DNA from: a bacterium
GTDB taxonomy: Bacteria; Hinthialibacterota; Hinthialibacteria; Hinthialibacterales; Hinthialibacteraceae
Direction of reading: 5' to 3'
DNA: 64,000 nucleotides
NCBI GenBank assembly: GCA_963662285.2
Contig: CAXXMV010000006.1
Span: 960,001-1,024,000, forward strand
Positions 1 through 9,115 of the stretch are shown here, piece by piece. Numbering within the stretch: the stretch's first letter is position 1; every line of letters begins with the position of its first letter. The position numbers and the translations under genes were made by a program. Under the pieces are notes generated by a model. It was not told the origin of the DNA and did no database searches. It saw only the letters and a list, made by a program, of their open reading frames with translations.

Positions 1-1002
1 TTTGAGCGGATCATCAATATTCCCAAACGTAAACTGGGAAAGGTATCTCTACAGAAACTGGTCGATTTCGCTGAACGCGCTAAACTGCCCATTCTGGAAG
101 CGGCGCTGAAAGCCCAGGAAGCGGGGGAGGGATCAGGCCTTGCCCTGGCGACGCGCAAGGCCTTCCATCAATTCGCATCGCTTTACCAGCGGTGGGCGGA
201 TGAAGCCAATGATATATCACTGGTTAAATTGTTTGATCACATTACCCGGCAATCGGGCTATATGAAAGTTCTGGAAGATAGCATGGATATCCAGGATCAG
301 ACTAGAATCGAGAATATCAAAGAATTAATCAACGCCGCAGGACAGTATGAAGATGAAATTGAAGCAAATCAGGGAGAAGAAACCGCAGCTCCTACTACTA
401 CCCTGCTGACTTTGCAGGGATTTATGGAGAACGCTGCTCTGGTTTCTGAAGTAGATAATCTCAAGGATTCAGATGACGCCCTGGTTCTGATGACCATTCA
501 CAGCGCCAAGGGATTGGAATTTCCCTATGTATTTATGGCTGGTATGGAAGAGAACCTGTTTCCCCATAAACGCTCTGTTGAATCTGATGCTTTAGAAGAT
601 ATGGAAGAAGAACGCCGCCTATGTTATGTCGGAATTACACGGGCTAAAAAGCAGGTTTATCTGACTCACGCCTGCTCGCGGAGGCTTTATCAATTCCGGG
701 AAGTGGCCGAACCAAGCCGGTTTCTGAAAGAAATCCCTGATCAATTCAAAGAAACCATCAACTGGAGCACCTTCAAAGATGATTCGGAAGAAGGGGAACT
801 TCTTCAAAGCAGCAGGAAAGCAGCGCGAAAAAACCTAGAAACCAATTTCACTGAAAACGACTGTGTTACGCACCGCACCTTCGGGTTGGGCGTGATTATC
901 GAAATTGATGGAGAAGGACCTAAAGCGCATATAACAGTTGATTTTCAATCAGTCGGCAAGAAAACCCTGGTCCAGCAATTCGCCCGGTTAACCAAGGTAT
1001 AG
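1..1002 (+). CDS. pcrA: ATP-dependent DNA helicase PcrA/UvrD, C-terminal part (5' end outside window)
   Basis: Frame is open from base 1 (FERIINIPKRKLG). Motifs LMTIHSAKGLEF, EEERRLCYVGITRAK and PSRFLKEI, plus C-terminal Tudor-like VTHRTFGLG. Confidence 0.95.
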   Translation, partial: FERIINIPKRKLGKVSLQKLVDFAERAKLPILEAALKAQEAGEGSGLALATRKAFHQFASLYQRWADEANDISLVKLFDHITRQSGYMKVLEDSMDIQDQTRIENIKELINAAGQYEDEIEANQGEETAAPTTTLLTLQGFMENAALVSEVDNLKDSDDALVLMTIHSAKGLEFPYVFMAGMEENLFPHKRSVESDALEDMEEERRLCYVGITRAKKQVYLTHACSRRLYQFREVAEPSRFLKEIPDQFKETINWSTFKDDSEEGELLQSSRKAARKNLETNFTENDCVTHRTFGLGVIIEIDGEGPKAHITVDFQSVGKKTLVQQFARLTKV

Positions 1003-1009
1003 TATCGTT

Positions 1010-1044
1010 CCCTCTCCCGCCGGGAGAGGGCAAGGGTGAGGGGG
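1010..1044. repeat. REP-like palindrome family A (CCCTCACCCTNNCCCTCTCCC-loop-GGGAGAGGG), reverse orientation
   Basis: ccctctcccgccgggagagggcaagggtgagggg. Other copies at ~11203-11744 (split), ~19838-20226 (split), 27715-27749 and 34861-34890. Confidence 0.9.
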
Positions 1045-1077
1045 ATGTTAAAACAACTTTGATGGGTGGTAAGAGGC

Positions 1078-1410
1078 GGGTGCCAAGGGCAGTGTTCTTT
1101 CTGCCCTTGACTGTAAACTATGGATAAACGGAATAATTTCTATTTTTATTCACTCTTATATAATGAATTTGGTTCAATTTTCAAACGCATATTGAATTAT
1201 TGAAACATGAATCATACGATCGAAACTATAAAGTTAATCATGATTCTATTTTCTGAGTGGAACATTGAAAAACATTATAGAAATTAAAAAGGTGAACTGA
1301 ATCAAGGGCAGAAAATACACTGCCCTTGGCGCCCAATATTGTCATATCTTCAGTTAATAGAATTTCTTATATTCTCCTATATTGATATTTGCGGGTAATA
1401 ATTAGACCCA
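1078..1410. mobile_element. Non-autonomous element: inverted REP doublet (family D) plus right outer end, copy 1
   Basis: gggtgccaagggcagtgttctttctgcccttga (1078-1110) is an imperfect inverted repeat of tcaagggcagaaaatacactgcccttggcgccc (1302-1334). Similarity to 19920-20213 extends to ~1410. Confidence 0.8.
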
Positions 1411-1436
1411 AACTTGGGGGAGAATTTTGTTTCACG

Positions 1437-1525
1437 ATGGGGTGGCAAGGGCAAGACCGCAATGCGGTCAGCCCTTGATCAAGCCACCTAATATAGAATG
1501 TAAGTCACTTAAGTAAATGACATTT
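1437..1525 (-). repeat. REP family C palindrome with adjacent degenerate CAATGTCATTAAGTTAA-type end
   Basis: ggtggcaagggcaagaccgcaatgcggtcagcccttgatcaagccacc...cttaagtaaatgacatt is an inverted homologue of 34739-34824. Family C also occurs at ~23580-23630 and ~45180-45228. Confidence 0.8.
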
Positions 1526-1597
1526 GGTTAGAAGGGGATTGATCCTTCGAAGCGCAACCCCCCTCTAACTCCCCCCAAACTTGGGGGGAGAATTTTG
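1524..1597. repeat. REP-like family B (CCCCCTCTAACTCCCCCC-loop-TTGGGGGGAGAATTT)
   Basis: Copies at ~1408-1428 (half), 5454-5482, 17586-17671 (inverted doublet) and 33210-33226/34916-34950 (split). Confidence 0.85.
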
Positions 1598-1636
1598 ACT
1601 TACGCAATTTTTGTGAGATTCTTCAGGAGAAAGAAG

Positions 1637-2794
1637 ATGCATGATTGGGTATCCATCCAACAACAGATTGAAGGATGCGTTGAAAAACGGATTGATATGC
1701 AGCAACGGTTTTTTGAAGCTATCAGGAAAAAGGTTGATATCTTCGAAGGCGAATTGAGCGCCAACTGGGAACAATGGAAAGCCATTGCTCTTCAAACAAC
1801 CAGGCATCTGGCGCCGGATTTCGACGAAGCGCCTTCGACCACTTATCCGGTTGATGCAAATCCTGATCCGGGAGTAATGATCGCAACTGACGGGTCGCAG
1901 ATTTTCCCGAGTAAACACGAAATCTCTCCCCTGGCATTGATTACCGTCAGCCGCATCAAGATCGACTATAAGAATTATCAGGACATGCCTTTGATGGACA
2001 GCAAAGCATGGGTTCTAATGAGTGAGGACTTGCGCGAGAATCTCGAAAAAGAGCGCGAGATATCAATGGAAGATCTGGTATCCGACCGGCGCACTCTATT
2101 GGAAATGGATATCCTGGCTGAAATAGCTGAAGAGCAAGCCAAAGTAGAAAACTCACCGCCCATCATCGCCTTGTGCGACGGCAGCCTGATTCTATGGCGC
2201 CTGGCGGAACGTTTTGAAAAGAAATATGAGGAAGCCATTGTTGACGATTTCGTCAAGCATCTACAACGTCTGCAAAACTGCGGCGCCCTGGCGGCGGGTT
2301 ATATAAGCGGATCGAACAGCCGTGAAGTGATGAACCTGATCCAGCTGGTTGAAGAATCATTTGAGCCTGACCTGTTCGATGAAATGGCCGATGATCCCAT
2401 TGTGATCGATACGGTGTTATTCGGTAGAATATTAAAACCGGGGCAACGCTCCACCCTTTTTCACTCACAATCAAGAATCCTGCAAGAGAAATATGGCGAG
2501 CAACGGATTTCGTATTTCTACATGAATGTCGATGATGAAATCGCCAAGGTAGAGATTCCACAATGGATCGCTCAAGACAAAAAACTGGTAGACCAAATCG
2601 CCGCACATTGCCTGAGGCAGGCTAAACTCGGCGGTGGGTATCCGGTAGTGCTGGCGGAATCGCACGAACACGCCGTAGTGCGCGGCCCCGACCGGGAGAC
2701 GTTTTACGCCCTGGTCGAAGAGTCGCTCAGAAGAAAACAACTCGATCCCCATTCCTCAGCCAAACAAATGCGCAAACGCACGGCGATATTGTGA
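1637..2794 (+). CDS. nurA: NurA-family 5'-3' nuclease
   Basis: ATDGSQIFP, LCDGSL and GYPVVLAESHEHAVV motifs. ATG at 1637 follows AGGAG. Confidence 0.85.
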   Translation: MHDWVSIQQQIEGCVEKRIDMQQRFFEAIRKKVDIFEGELSANWEQWKAIALQTTRHLAPDFDEAPSTTYPVDANPDPGVMIATDGSQIFPSKHEISPLALITVSRIKIDYKNYQDMPLMDSKAWVLMSEDLRENLEKEREISMEDLVSDRRTLLEMDILAEIAEEQAKVENSPPIIALCDGSLILWRLAERFEKKYEEAIVDDFVKHLQRLQNCGALAAGYISGSNSREVMNLIQLVEESFEPDLFDEMADDPIVIDTVLFGRILKPGQRSTLFHSQSRILQEKYGEQRISYFYMNVDDEIAKVEIPQWIAQDKKLVDQIAAHCLRQAKLGGGYPVVLAESHEHAVVRGPDRETFYALVEESLRRKQLDPHSSAKQMRKRTAIL

Positions 2795-2808
2795 AACCAT
2801 AATAATTC

Positions 2809-3042
2809 TCATTCCATATACTCCCGAAAATCATCCAAGGGAGCATCGAAATCGTCTTCCATCTGAATCAAGCCGCGGGCGTTGCCAAATCTAGGACTTG
2901 GTTTGTTGGAAGGCAAAGAAACTAGTTGTACCTTCTGGTTTTTATCGTGCAGAATGAAAACTTCTTCACCGGCAATCGCAGCAGAGATTAAATCCGGCAA
3001 TCTGGATTTTGCTTCTTCTAATTTGATCTGAAGCATTATCAT
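2809..3042 (-). CDS. Phd/YefM-type antitoxin with DUF2281-like tail
   Basis: EAKSRLPDLI..A.AGEEVFI N-terminus and RFG.ARGLI...DDFDAPLDDF..Y C-terminus. Confidence 0.85.
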   Translation of the reverse strand: MIMLQIKLEEAKSRLPDLISAAIAGEEVFILHDKNQKVQLVSLPSNKPSPRFGNARGLIQMEDDFDAPLDDFREYME

Positions 3043-3194
3043 TCTCTTATCGAAGCATCTATCATGATTATAACATTAATAAGAATAAAATGAGGCTTGT
3101 ATTTGCTTTACTCTTGATATAATCACCTTAGATTCCTCAAAATCCCCTCTACTATCTGGATAAAACCATGGTGAAGGGGATATTGAACATACTA

Positions 3195-4514
3195 CTATTC
3201 CAGATAATCCAACAACCGACCGGCGTTGCGTACAAAGACGCCTGATTGAATTATTCCAATTCCATCGGGATCGCCGATATTATCCTGGTACTGTTTTTGA
3301 GCGCTTGATTCCATTTGGCTGATCCACCGCCCCTGTTTATCAAGTGATTCCAAATATGGTTCAACTTCTTTCAAGGCAACTCTACGTTTGATGGTTTTGG
3401 GTTTATCGGGAGATTTAGCAGAACCACTGAGCAACTCTTTATAAGTCTTTTCCAGACTTGGACTAAAGTAATTGCCTTGCCAGCTGTATCCCGGCCGTGC
3501 TAAGGCGACATCAAAAACAATCTCGCCTTCTGGCGTGCAATAAAGCGGGCGGTTTGATTTCAGTTCATAGAAACGCGCCCATTTGCCGTTAGGTAATTTT
3601 GAGTTATGCAGCCATTCAAACGCCGCCTGTCCTACGCCTAGATATTTGAGATCATTGGTCTCTTTATAAACATCAAGCATGACGTTAAGTACGCCAATAG
3701 ATTCAGCGGATGACAGCGCAATCGGTTCAAAGCGCCGCGCCGGGGCGGGCGTTCCATTGACCTCATACTGTTGCGCCCAGCCTCCCTGGGGTGATTTCCC
3801 CTGTAAAGCGATCAGGCAAATCGCTCCACGAAGGGCGGCGTCATAGTACCGCTTATCGCCGAATTGGTGATAACAGAGGAATAGCGTCCGCATAACATCC
3901 ATCATGGCTCTATCGTTCAAAGTAATATATCTGGAATAACCTTTACTCAGCGGGAAGGCCTGGGGCCAGCCTCCATTGGGGTATTGCGAATCGAGCATGA
4001 ACTGAGCGCAACGCCGGGCTGCTTTTGCAAATCGTTCTTCGCCGCTCACGTTGAATAGGTCAATCAGGAAACGGGTCGCGCCTTGGGTGACGTCATCGTC
4101 AAATGTCCCTGATTTATTTTTCTTATCTCCAGGCACGAATTCATGCGGAAAACCGCCGCAATCCAATTGACCGTCAATCAGCGCATCTCCAGCTGCTACA
4201 GCGATTTTCAAATAGGCTGGATCATGGAGCACTTGAGAAGCCCGCAGGAACAATCCTCCAACTCCCGGAGTGGCTGGCGGTTGTACGGTAATGATTTCAC
4301 GGGGACGCAGAGCATGTTCGCCCCAGGTCAATTTTAAATCAGAAGACCATTGCGTAGCCCAGCCGCCGTTTTGTTGAAGGCTATTCATATAGGACAAAGC
4401 TTTTCTTAAATCCTGCTCAACTTTTTTTCTATCAGCGTCTTGATCTGCAATGACATTAATTGAGATTAACCATAAGCATAATATCCCCAACGCCACGCTT
4501 CGAAACAATTTCAT
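3195..4514 (-). CDS. Secreted pectate lyase, polysaccharide lyase family 10
   Basis: Signal peptide, TFDDDVT, QYPNGGWPQ, ITLNDRAM, WAQQY, PAPARRFEP and WARFYEL motifs. Confidence 0.85.
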   Translation of the reverse strand: MKLFRSVALGILCLWLISINVIADQDADRKKVEQDLRKALSYMNSLQQNGGWATQWSSDLKLTWGEHALRPREIITVQPPATPGVGGLFLRASQVLHDPAYLKIAVAAGDALIDGQLDCGGFPHEFVPGDKKNKSGTFDDDVTQGATRFLIDLFNVSGEERFAKAARRCAQFMLDSQYPNGGWPQAFPLSKGYSRYITLNDRAMMDVMRTLFLCYHQFGDKRYYDAALRGAICLIALQGKSPQGGWAQQYEVNGTPAPARRFEPIALSSAESIGVLNVMLDVYKETNDLKYLGVGQAAFEWLHNSKLPNGKWARFYELKSNRPLYCTPEGEIVFDVALARPGYSWQGNYFSPSLEKTYKELLSGSAKSPDKPKTIKRRVALKEVEPYLESLDKQGRWISQMESSAQKQYQDNIGDPDGIGIIQSGVFVRNAGRLLDYLE

Positions 4515-4843
4515 TAGAAGCCTCCATAAGAATTTTTTCCATGATAATCATTAAGTTATAGCTTAACACATTATTAATACCATAAAACATTCGGTTTTCC
4601 AATTTCGACACACCACTATTATGAAATTGTCCAGAACTGGAACAGTTATTTTTGAAATCAAAATTTAAATATAGATAAGAAAATTAGATATTAAAGAAGG
4701 TATTATTTTAATTTGGTTAAAGCCTCTCAAAATATCTTTGCCATATAAGCCTGTAACATGCTGTATGTTAAATACTTATCCATTTTTAATCAAAGAATCG
4801 ATTGTCTGCCTTACGTACCTTATATTTAGTTTTTTCCTGTGGT

Positions 4844-4859
4844 TGGTATGCATATTGCT
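4844..4859 (+). promoter_or_regulatory. Putative sigma54 (-24/-12) promoter
   Basis: TGGTATG-cata-TTGCT matches TGGYRYR-N4-TTGCW with exact spacing. A dyad at ~4745-4779 could be an activator site. Confidence 0.6.
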
Positions 4860-4963
4860 TTATATAAATATCAAGTAGGGATTAAAAAATTATCAGGAGG
4901 ATTAAATTAATATCAACGTTTATTCGTATTTGTTGGTAGAAGGGCCAAGAAGGAGTAATTATT

Positions 4964-5254
4964 ATGGATTCAATATTTAACACAATGACGGTCCCGGGGG
5001 TTGCAGCTAATTTGCTGTATATCAGCGTTTTCGGAATCATTACGGTTAGTCTGGTTATTTGGTGTGCTCGCATGATGCAAAAAAAATATCAGACCATACC
5101 CGTTAGTTTCTACCAACGACGCATTTGTCAATTGACAAACAAACATCGCCTTAGTCCTAAGGATCTGGAAATTCTGCGTGATTTCTCAAGAATGGAAAAA
5201 TCACGGAGGCAGGAGTATTACAATTACTTGAATAGAAACTCAGGATATTTTTAA
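4964..5254 (+). CDS. Small single-pass membrane protein, function unknown
   Basis: AAGGAG RBS, one N-terminal hydrophobic helix, basic C-terminus, followed by a terminator. Confidence 0.7.
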   Translation: MDSIFNTMTVPGVAANLLYISVFGIITVSLVIWCARMMQKKYQTIPVSFYQRRICQLTNKHRLSPKDLEILRDFSRMEKSRRQEYYNYLNRNSGYF

Positions 5255-5320
5255 CATATAGCCTTTTCAAATAGTTCAATTTGAACAAAAGTCTTTTTTC
5301 ATATACCTCCTCCCCAATTG

Positions 5321-5358
5321 AAATAGCCGTTCGTTGGTTTCCAGCGAGCGGCTATTTC
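5321..5358 (+). terminator. Stem-loop, probable terminator
   Basis: gaaatagccgttcgttgg-ttt-ccagcgagcggctatttc. Confidence 0.7.
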
Positions 5359-5574
5359 TATCTAAAAGTATCTGCTTCTTCCATGCATAAGAAATCATTG
5401 TAGAATGCTTATCTCAAAAAAAGAATATATTTTATTTGATTTAAGCATCTGATCCCTCCCCCCAGGCTTGGGGGGAGAATTTGATCATCAATGCTTTTCT
5501 TATAGTATTGTTTTAATCTTATTACTTTATATGGCTGAACTGCTGCATAAAAAGGAAACAACAAGAAATATTAA

Positions 5575-6228
5575 ATGTGCGCAAAAACGATTTATGAATA
5601 TCCCATAGAGATGGACCGGTTTCTAATCGCTCCAGGCAGCATCGATGAGTATCTTGATTTTGAAGCCATTTTTGGAAACAAGAATCCTGTCGAGATAGAA
5701 ATTGGATCAGGCAAAGGCCGGTTTATCCTGATCGAATCTCTCAAGCGTCCGGATGTTAATTTCATCGCAATAGAACGTTCGCAAAAATTTTTGCGGATAG
5801 GATTGCTGCGTGCGGCCAAAAATCCACGCCCTAATCTACAGTTTCTCTGTTGGAACGCAGATTTTATTTTGAAACTGCTGCTCCGCCCGAAAACCGTGCA
5901 AGCCTATCATGTCTACTTCCCAGATCCCTGGCCTAAAGGGCGTCATCAAAAAAGGCGTTTATTTAATCCCCGGTTGATTGAGAAAATGTCTGAGACTTTG
6001 ATTGATGATGGCGTACTGCGTCTGAGGACTGACCACGAAGAATACTTCGAAGATACCCACGCCCGCATCCTGGATAGCAACCTTTTTGAACTAGTAGAAG
6101 AAGACGTGTCCCAGGAAGCGCTCCAGAATTTTGAGGATGCAGAAGAAGCCGCCACGCATTACGAAATCAAGTGGCGCAAAGAATTCCGCAAAATATTTTC
6201 TGTTAGGTATAAAGTTTCTCGTCAGTAA
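5575..6228 (+). CDS. trmB: tRNA (guanine-N7)-methyltransferase
   Basis: EIEIGSGKG, FPDPWPKGRHQKRRL, LRTDHEEY and THYEIKW motifs. Confidence 0.93.
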   Translation: MCAKTIYEYPIEMDRFLIAPGSIDEYLDFEAIFGNKNPVEIEIGSGKGRFILIESLKRPDVNFIAIERSQKFLRIGLLRAAKNPRPNLQFLCWNADFILKLLLRPKTVQAYHVYFPDPWPKGRHQKRRLFNPRLIEKMSETLIDDGVLRLRTDHEEYFEDTHARILDSNLFELVEEDVSQEALQNFEDAEEAATHYEIKWRKEFRKIFSVRYKVSRQ

Positions 6229-6270
6229 CCGATAATACATAATAAGAATTAATTTATTTTATATTGTTGA

Positions 6271-6690
6271 ATGGGCGATGAAATCATGGATAAAGTATTC
6301 TCTTCAAGAGTTTGGAACCCCGCTGCAATTTCTCCGGAAGCAATGATTATTGGAGCTATTGTTCTAATTGGAATCTTCTTTCTGTTCCCGTATATTCTCC
6401 GGAAATACTACCAGTACCTGGAATCAATGCGTTTTATGGAAGAGGTCTATGCGATGGCGCTGGAGGGAGAAGACTCCAGCATACTCAGGAACCTGGTTAA
6501 GCGCTATACGCTTAATGATCCTGTAAAGATTTTTTACTCTCTTCCTTTATTTGACGAACTTGTTCAAAAAGAGATGATGCGCGTTCTGCGAAATCCATAT
6601 TCGTCAAATACAAAAATGAAATACATAGATCATCTCTACGACCTGCGCCAAAAAATGTATTTCGAGCATGCGCATCAATATAACTCATAA
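6271..6690 (+). CDS. Single-pass membrane protein, function unknown
   Basis: 139-aa ORF with an N-terminal TM helix and helical cytoplasmic part. Terminator cgccct-cattc-agggcg-T8 at ~6743-6767. Confidence 0.7.
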   Translation: MGDEIMDKVFSSRVWNPAAISPEAMIIGAIVLIGIFFLFPYILRKYYQYLESMRFMEEVYAMALEGEDSSILRNLVKRYTLNDPVKIFYSLPLFDELVQKEMMRVLRNPYSSNTKMKYIDHLYDLRQKMYFEHAHQYNS

Positions 6691-6827
6691 ACCGAATTTA
6701 AGAAATTTATAAAAAAACAGTTACACTCCAGTCTTTATTATCCGCCCTCATTCAGGGCGTTTTTTTTATGTGGTATCCTGTATGCGTCGAATCGATAAAG
6801 GGATTGAGCAATTGAGGGGAAATTCCA

Positions 6828-8144
6828 TTGATAGAAAAGATCAAAGTTCAAATCGCAGCGTTGTTTGCTTCTGATATTTCTAAATGGGCTATCCTGTTGT
6901 TTATGCTGGCATTGATTCCCCGGATACTGTGGGCTGTGACTGATCATCCCCGGCCTTTTTCCGATATGGAAGATTACTATTATTGCGCAATTAATCTGCT
7001 TAAAGGAGATTATCTGGCTCAGGCGCCCGACCGTCTTGCCTATCGCGCTCCCATGTATCCTTTGTTTCTTGCCGCTGTTATCCAAATATTTCCATCAAAT
7101 CCATTGGCCGCTATAAGAATTGTGCAATCAGTGCTTGGCTCGATATCAGCAGTACTGGTTTTCTTCATTACCAAATCATTGTTATATCAAAGTAAACGTT
7201 TGAAATTAGTTCATTTAGTTAATATCGCCTCATTCATCACCGGCCTGGCCTACGCCTGGATGGCTTATCCCATTTTTTTCAGTTCGGTGCTAATGACGGA
7301 AACCCTTTTCATCGTTATGTTGCTGATATGGATGCTATGGGGTATGCATTTAAACGAAGGTTCGAGCAATTGGAGCAAAACCGGCTTCTCAATCTTATTG
7401 GGTTTAATGGCTCTGGTTCGTCCCATTGCGCTGTTTTTTCTGCCCATCGCCTTATGGAGGATATACTCAATACTTCCAAAGAAAGACAATTCTTTCAAAT
7501 ATTTCGCAAATTATGCAGCCTTTGCGGCTTGGCTGCTGCCCATTCTGCCCTGGATGATCCGCAACATATTGGTTTTTAACACATTTGTTTTTATCACGAC
7601 AAATTCTGGAGTTAATCTATTTTTGGGCAATAATCCCACTTTCGGGTATTACGCCAGCGGCTATAAAGAAGAGATACGTAAAGAATTCATTGAAATTCAT
7701 GGCGCCGACGAAGCTGCTGAAGACCGCTTGTTTCTACGTTTGGGGGCCGATTACATTGCTCAACATCCAGCCGAAGCCCTGAAGCGATGCTGGTATAAGT
7801 TTTATTTTCTGAACCTGTTAGATAAAGAACCCTGGCCTTGGGAGGAATACAATAAAGGTCAGGGATTAAAATTCGCCTTCAATATAAACTGGCCTACCTT
7901 TCGATGGACGCCCTGGTTTCTTGTTTTGGCTCTCATCGGCATAATCAATGCGTCTATTTATAAATGTCGACATGCAATTATGCTGCAAGTTATTCTATGC
8001 TATACGCTTGCCTGCTTGATCTTCTTCGCCCGGACGAGGTTCCGGCTGCCATTGGAGCCAATACTGACGATCTATATGGGAGTGGGCGTCATGGCGCTTG
8101 TTGAGCAATTTCTTTGGGGCTATCGTAATCTTCTTAAAAAATAG
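6828..8144 (+). CDS. GT-C membrane glycosyltransferase (ArnT/PMT-like)
   Basis: Multi-TM protein with SD..DYY, YRAPMYPLFLA, MTETLF, PWMIRN, NSGVNLFLGNNP and RFRLPLEP. Confidence 0.8.
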   Translation: MIEKIKVQIAALFASDISKWAILLFMLALIPRILWAVTDHPRPFSDMEDYYYCAINLLKGDYLAQAPDRLAYRAPMYPLFLAAVIQIFPSNPLAAIRIVQSVLGSISAVLVFFITKSLLYQSKRLKLVHLVNIASFITGLAYAWMAYPIFFSSVLMTETLFIVMLLIWMLWGMHLNEGSSNWSKTGFSILLGLMALVRPIALFFLPIALWRIYSILPKKDNSFKYFANYAAFAAWLLPILPWMIRNILVFNTFVFITTNSGVNLFLGNNPTFGYYASGYKEEIRKEFIEIHGADEAAEDRLFLRLGADYIAQHPAEALKRCWYKFYFLNLLDKEPWPWEEYNKGQGLKFAFNINWPTFRWTPWFLVLALIGIINASIYKCRHAIMLQVILCYTLACLIFFARTRFRLPLEPILTIYMGVGVMALVEQFLWGYRNLLKK

Positions 8145-8199
8145 TGGATAATTTAGAAATATCAATATTTGAATAATCAGTTTGGAAGGATGCCGAATA

Positions 8200-8886
8200 A
8201 TGATCACTGGTCCCCGCGATTTGTATATACCCGCTGATAGTTGGAAAGAAATGGTGCGGATGGCAGCTCCTAATCCACAAGGAATGGATGTAGGATTCGC
8301 CAAAGCCCTGGATCAATTTGAGCGCTACTCTGCTACCATCGGCGGTGAAATTGGCGATTCCATCCAGCGCTGCCATGATCACCTGCAACGTTTCCTTGCC
8401 ACTGCGCAGGAAGTAATAAGCGCGGAATCCGGAGAAAATCCAGCAAGATTAGGAAGACCGCGTAATTTCGACTACGGCGACAAAGAACTTGTTTTTCAAG
8501 TATTCAACTACCAGGATAAAGATACGGTATCCATCCGGGAGGATCGATTCGCAACTATCCTGACCAATTACGACAGATTCCGGGATACTATGCATTTTAT
8601 GGAAAGAAAAGTCAAAGAAGGTAATCTGGGAATATTACAAAACACCTTCCTGTTTATCCATAAACCTCTAGAACAGGCGGCCCTGAATTTTGATAAAGCT
8701 ATAAATAAAACGCCGTTAGTTCACACAACTATAATCGGACAAGAAGCAGATCCTACTTATGTCCATATTTCAGGGACGGAGCCATCAAAAGAGGTCGATC
8801 CAGGTTTAATATGTAGAGTACTAAAACCAGGATACGCCTTTGAAGGCCGTGAAATTCAAGAGGGCGTTGTTATTGTTGCAGAATAA
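8200..8886 (+). CDS. Hypothetical protein with GrpE-like C-terminal beta domain
   Basis: C-terminus IIGQEADP..VH....ICRVLKPGYAFEGREIQEGVVIV resembles the GrpE head. The N-terminus is atypical. Confidence 0.5.
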   Translation: MITGPRDLYIPADSWKEMVRMAAPNPQGMDVGFAKALDQFERYSATIGGEIGDSIQRCHDHLQRFLATAQEVISAESGENPARLGRPRNFDYGDKELVFQVFNYQDKDTVSIREDRFATILTNYDRFRDTMHFMERKVKEGNLGILQNTFLFIHKPLEQAALNFDKAINKTPLVHTTIIGQEADPTYVHISGTEPSKEVDPGLICRVLKPGYAFEGREIQEGVVIVAE

Positions 8887-8937
8887 TTTCAAGTTAAGCG
8901 GTCTATTGAGGTCGCTTTTTTCCATATTATACCTACC

Positions 8938-8966
8938 AGCAGGCAATTTTTACCGCCTGCTTTTTT
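8938..8966 (+). terminator. Intrinsic terminator
   Basis: agcaggc...gcctgct followed by a T-tract. A second hairpin with T-tract lies at ~8897-8921. Confidence 0.65.
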
Positions 8967-9089
8967 ATTGCTTAAATTAATCCCATAAATTTCAGGCAAA
9001 AATACTGGAAATATAAGATAAGTAATTTCAGTGTATTATATAGCACATCCCAACTTTTTTTTATAAAAATGAACCATAATATGTTTGGA

Positions 9090-9105
9090 TGGCACGTAGA
9101 TTGAT
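9090..9105 (+). promoter_or_regulatory. Putative sigma54 promoter (imperfect -12)
   Basis: TGGCACG-taga-TTGAT has a perfect -24 element and TTGA in place of TTGC. The predicted start at ~9116 coincides with the AT-to-GC composition switch. Confidence 0.5.
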
Positions 9106-9115
9106 ATAAGAGAGA

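Noticed and set aside
1010-1597. Possible CRISPR array among the palindromic repeats
   Set aside because: The repeats belong to different families, are irregularly spaced and are dispersed across the window. There is no repeat-spacer periodicity and no cas gene.
4751-4773. dif-like site (gtatgttaaat resembles the XerD arm)
   Set aside because: There is no XerC arm at the 6-bp spacing. A regulator dyad is more plausible.
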